A stretch of 63,930 nt of DNA, the filler included, from Trypethelium eluteriae (Eukaryota), in the NCBI GenBank assembly GCA_051942245.1. It is 3 parts of 3 records of this genome, joined end to end, with 100 filler letters (N's around TTAATTAATTAA, not from the genome) between each part and the next. Parts side by side here need not be neighbours in the genome. Positions count along the whole stretch, not along the records: positions 43,726 to 63,930 come from JAVECL010000501.1; 2 more parts are not named here. The stretch is one strand, 5' to 3'. Below are positions 62,685 to 63,930 of the stretch, piece by piece. The notes beneath the pieces were generated by a model. That model made no database searches, was not told the origin of the DNA, and saw only the letters and a program-made list of their open reading frames with translations. How positions within the stretch are numbered: position 1 is the first letter of the stretch; the number at the start of each line of letters is the position of its first letter. The translations under genes and the position numbers were made by a program.

Positions 62685-63180
62685 ATGATTTATGATCAAT
62701 CTGTGCACAGAAACTTTGGTAAACTCAGAAGACTTCCAAATAGAAGGACCAGGGTGATCATGGCAGTGTATGGCGACTGGGTATACTTCATGTACTGCAT
62801 TTCGCAGGCGTCTCGGTGATCCTTCTGACTGTTCAGAAAATGGCACAGGCCTTTCAGGAGCTGCCAGACTGTAGCCTTTGCATGAGCGACGCCTCTCCAT
62901 GGTCTTTGTGATTTGCATTGATTGCGTGGCTACTTGAAGAGGTCCAAATAATTAAGTTCAAAAGGCATTGGATAGAAAATCTAGATCATCATCATCCAAC
63001 ACTCGTCCTTGAAAGAAGTACTATGAAATAGTATGAAGCTCATTCGATGGTTGAAGTCGGAAATCCTGGTCGCCGATTGGTTAAACCTGTCCGCAACTTT
63101 CCCGCACGCGAACTTCTAAAATATCAATCACCTCTTCGTATGCCTGAGCTCCAACAATTTCCGTGAACAGTCTCATAGTC

Positions 63181-63930
63181 ATGGGTCAGCCCTTCGACTA
63201 CGCTCCCGAGAGGCCGGAGCATATCGACACTATCTTGGACGGCCTCGACCGCTATAATCCCGAAACCACGACTGTTTTCCAGGACTATGTGGCTGCGCAG
63301 TGCGAGAACCAGACGTATGACTGCTATGCGAATCTGGCGCTCCTAAAGCTGTGAGTCGAGTCTCTGGTGTTTTGAAGGACCTCCATAAGATCTGGAGGAA
63401 AGCTTTCCACCATGATGATCAAACATACCACACGTTTCCTATTACCTGAGGGCCTCGGAGCTTGAATCACTCCACCCTTTGAAGCAAGCCTATTAGCTCT
63501 ATCTGAAATCCTGTTCCCTCTAAGCAACCCTCCTGAACCCACCACCAAGTCCCTCCCCTTCCTCCAGCAAACTAACGCAAAATATCTTCCGACCTCCAGC
63601 TACCAATTCAACCCGCACCTCACCCGCGACGAAACCATCACCAACATCCTCGTCAAATCCCTCACCGTCTTCCCCTCCCCAGACTTCTCCCTCTGCCTCT
63701 CCCTCCTCCCACCGCACATCCTCTCGCCGCTATCCGCCTCGCTCACGTCCTCCCACTCCAACCCCGCCGTCGGCGACGCGCCCCTCAGCGAAGCGGTTCA
63801 GAAGCTCGCCGTCCTGAACGCCCACCTCTGCGCCGCCCGCTACGACGCCTTCTGGAGCACGCTCGACGGCGACGACCTCTACGCCGACTTGGTCGCTGAT
63901 GTCAGCCACTTCGAGGAGCTGATGCGGGTG
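63181..63930 (+). CDS. eIF3k: Translation initiation factor 3 subunit K (runs off the window end)
   Basis: [12 protein letters not shown]...[12 protein letters not shown], intron 63351-63599, then YQFNPHL...[22 protein letters not shown]. Confidence 0.95.
63408..63510 (+). ncRNA. Intronic box C/D snoRNA (SNORD44/U44-like D guide)
   Basis: Box C ATGATGA 63412-63418, D' CTGA 63446-63449 and D CTGA 63503-63506. Guides CACGTTTCCTATTA and TATTAGCTCTA are antisense to conserved 25S and 18S rRNA sequences (recalled, not aligned). Confidence 0.85.

Overview
Filamentous ascomycete (Pezizomycotina) genomic DNA with intron-containing genes. It consists of three contigs (1-21766, 21867-43625, 43726-63930) joined by artificial 100-nt spacers (44 N + TTAATTAATTAA + 44 N), so gene neighbourhoods across those joins are unproven. 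Contig 1 is mostly core genes: Maf-like NTP pyrophosphatase, a Mid2/SKG6-like membrane protein, SWR1, complex I NDUFB8, two alpha-arrestins, ATP synthase subunit g and a 2OG-Fe(II) oxygenase. Contig 2 is accessory: a frameshifted NACHT-ankyrin NLR whose small second exon encodes a candidate amyloid signalling motif, GFA, FMO, a pseudogenised Mid2-like paralogue, a divergent MFS/Zn2Cys6 pair, a carboxylesterase and a sedolisin. Contig 3 carries a probable BRCT-protein 5' fragment, a PAN-repeat membrane protein, CinA-C, phosphonoacetate hydrolase (PhnA), a secreted epoxide hydrolase, an alpha/beta hydrolase, a MOSC protein, eIF2A and eIF3k. The best signals outside the ORF track are: a double-guide box C/D snoRNA in the eIF3k intron; a 185-bp TA-flanked foldback just past the MOSC stop; a repeated 13-mer in the CinA/PhnA divergent promoter; and recurring GC-rich islands that flip from C-rich to G-rich regardless of gene orientation. 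All calls come from reading motifs by eye; no database searches were run.
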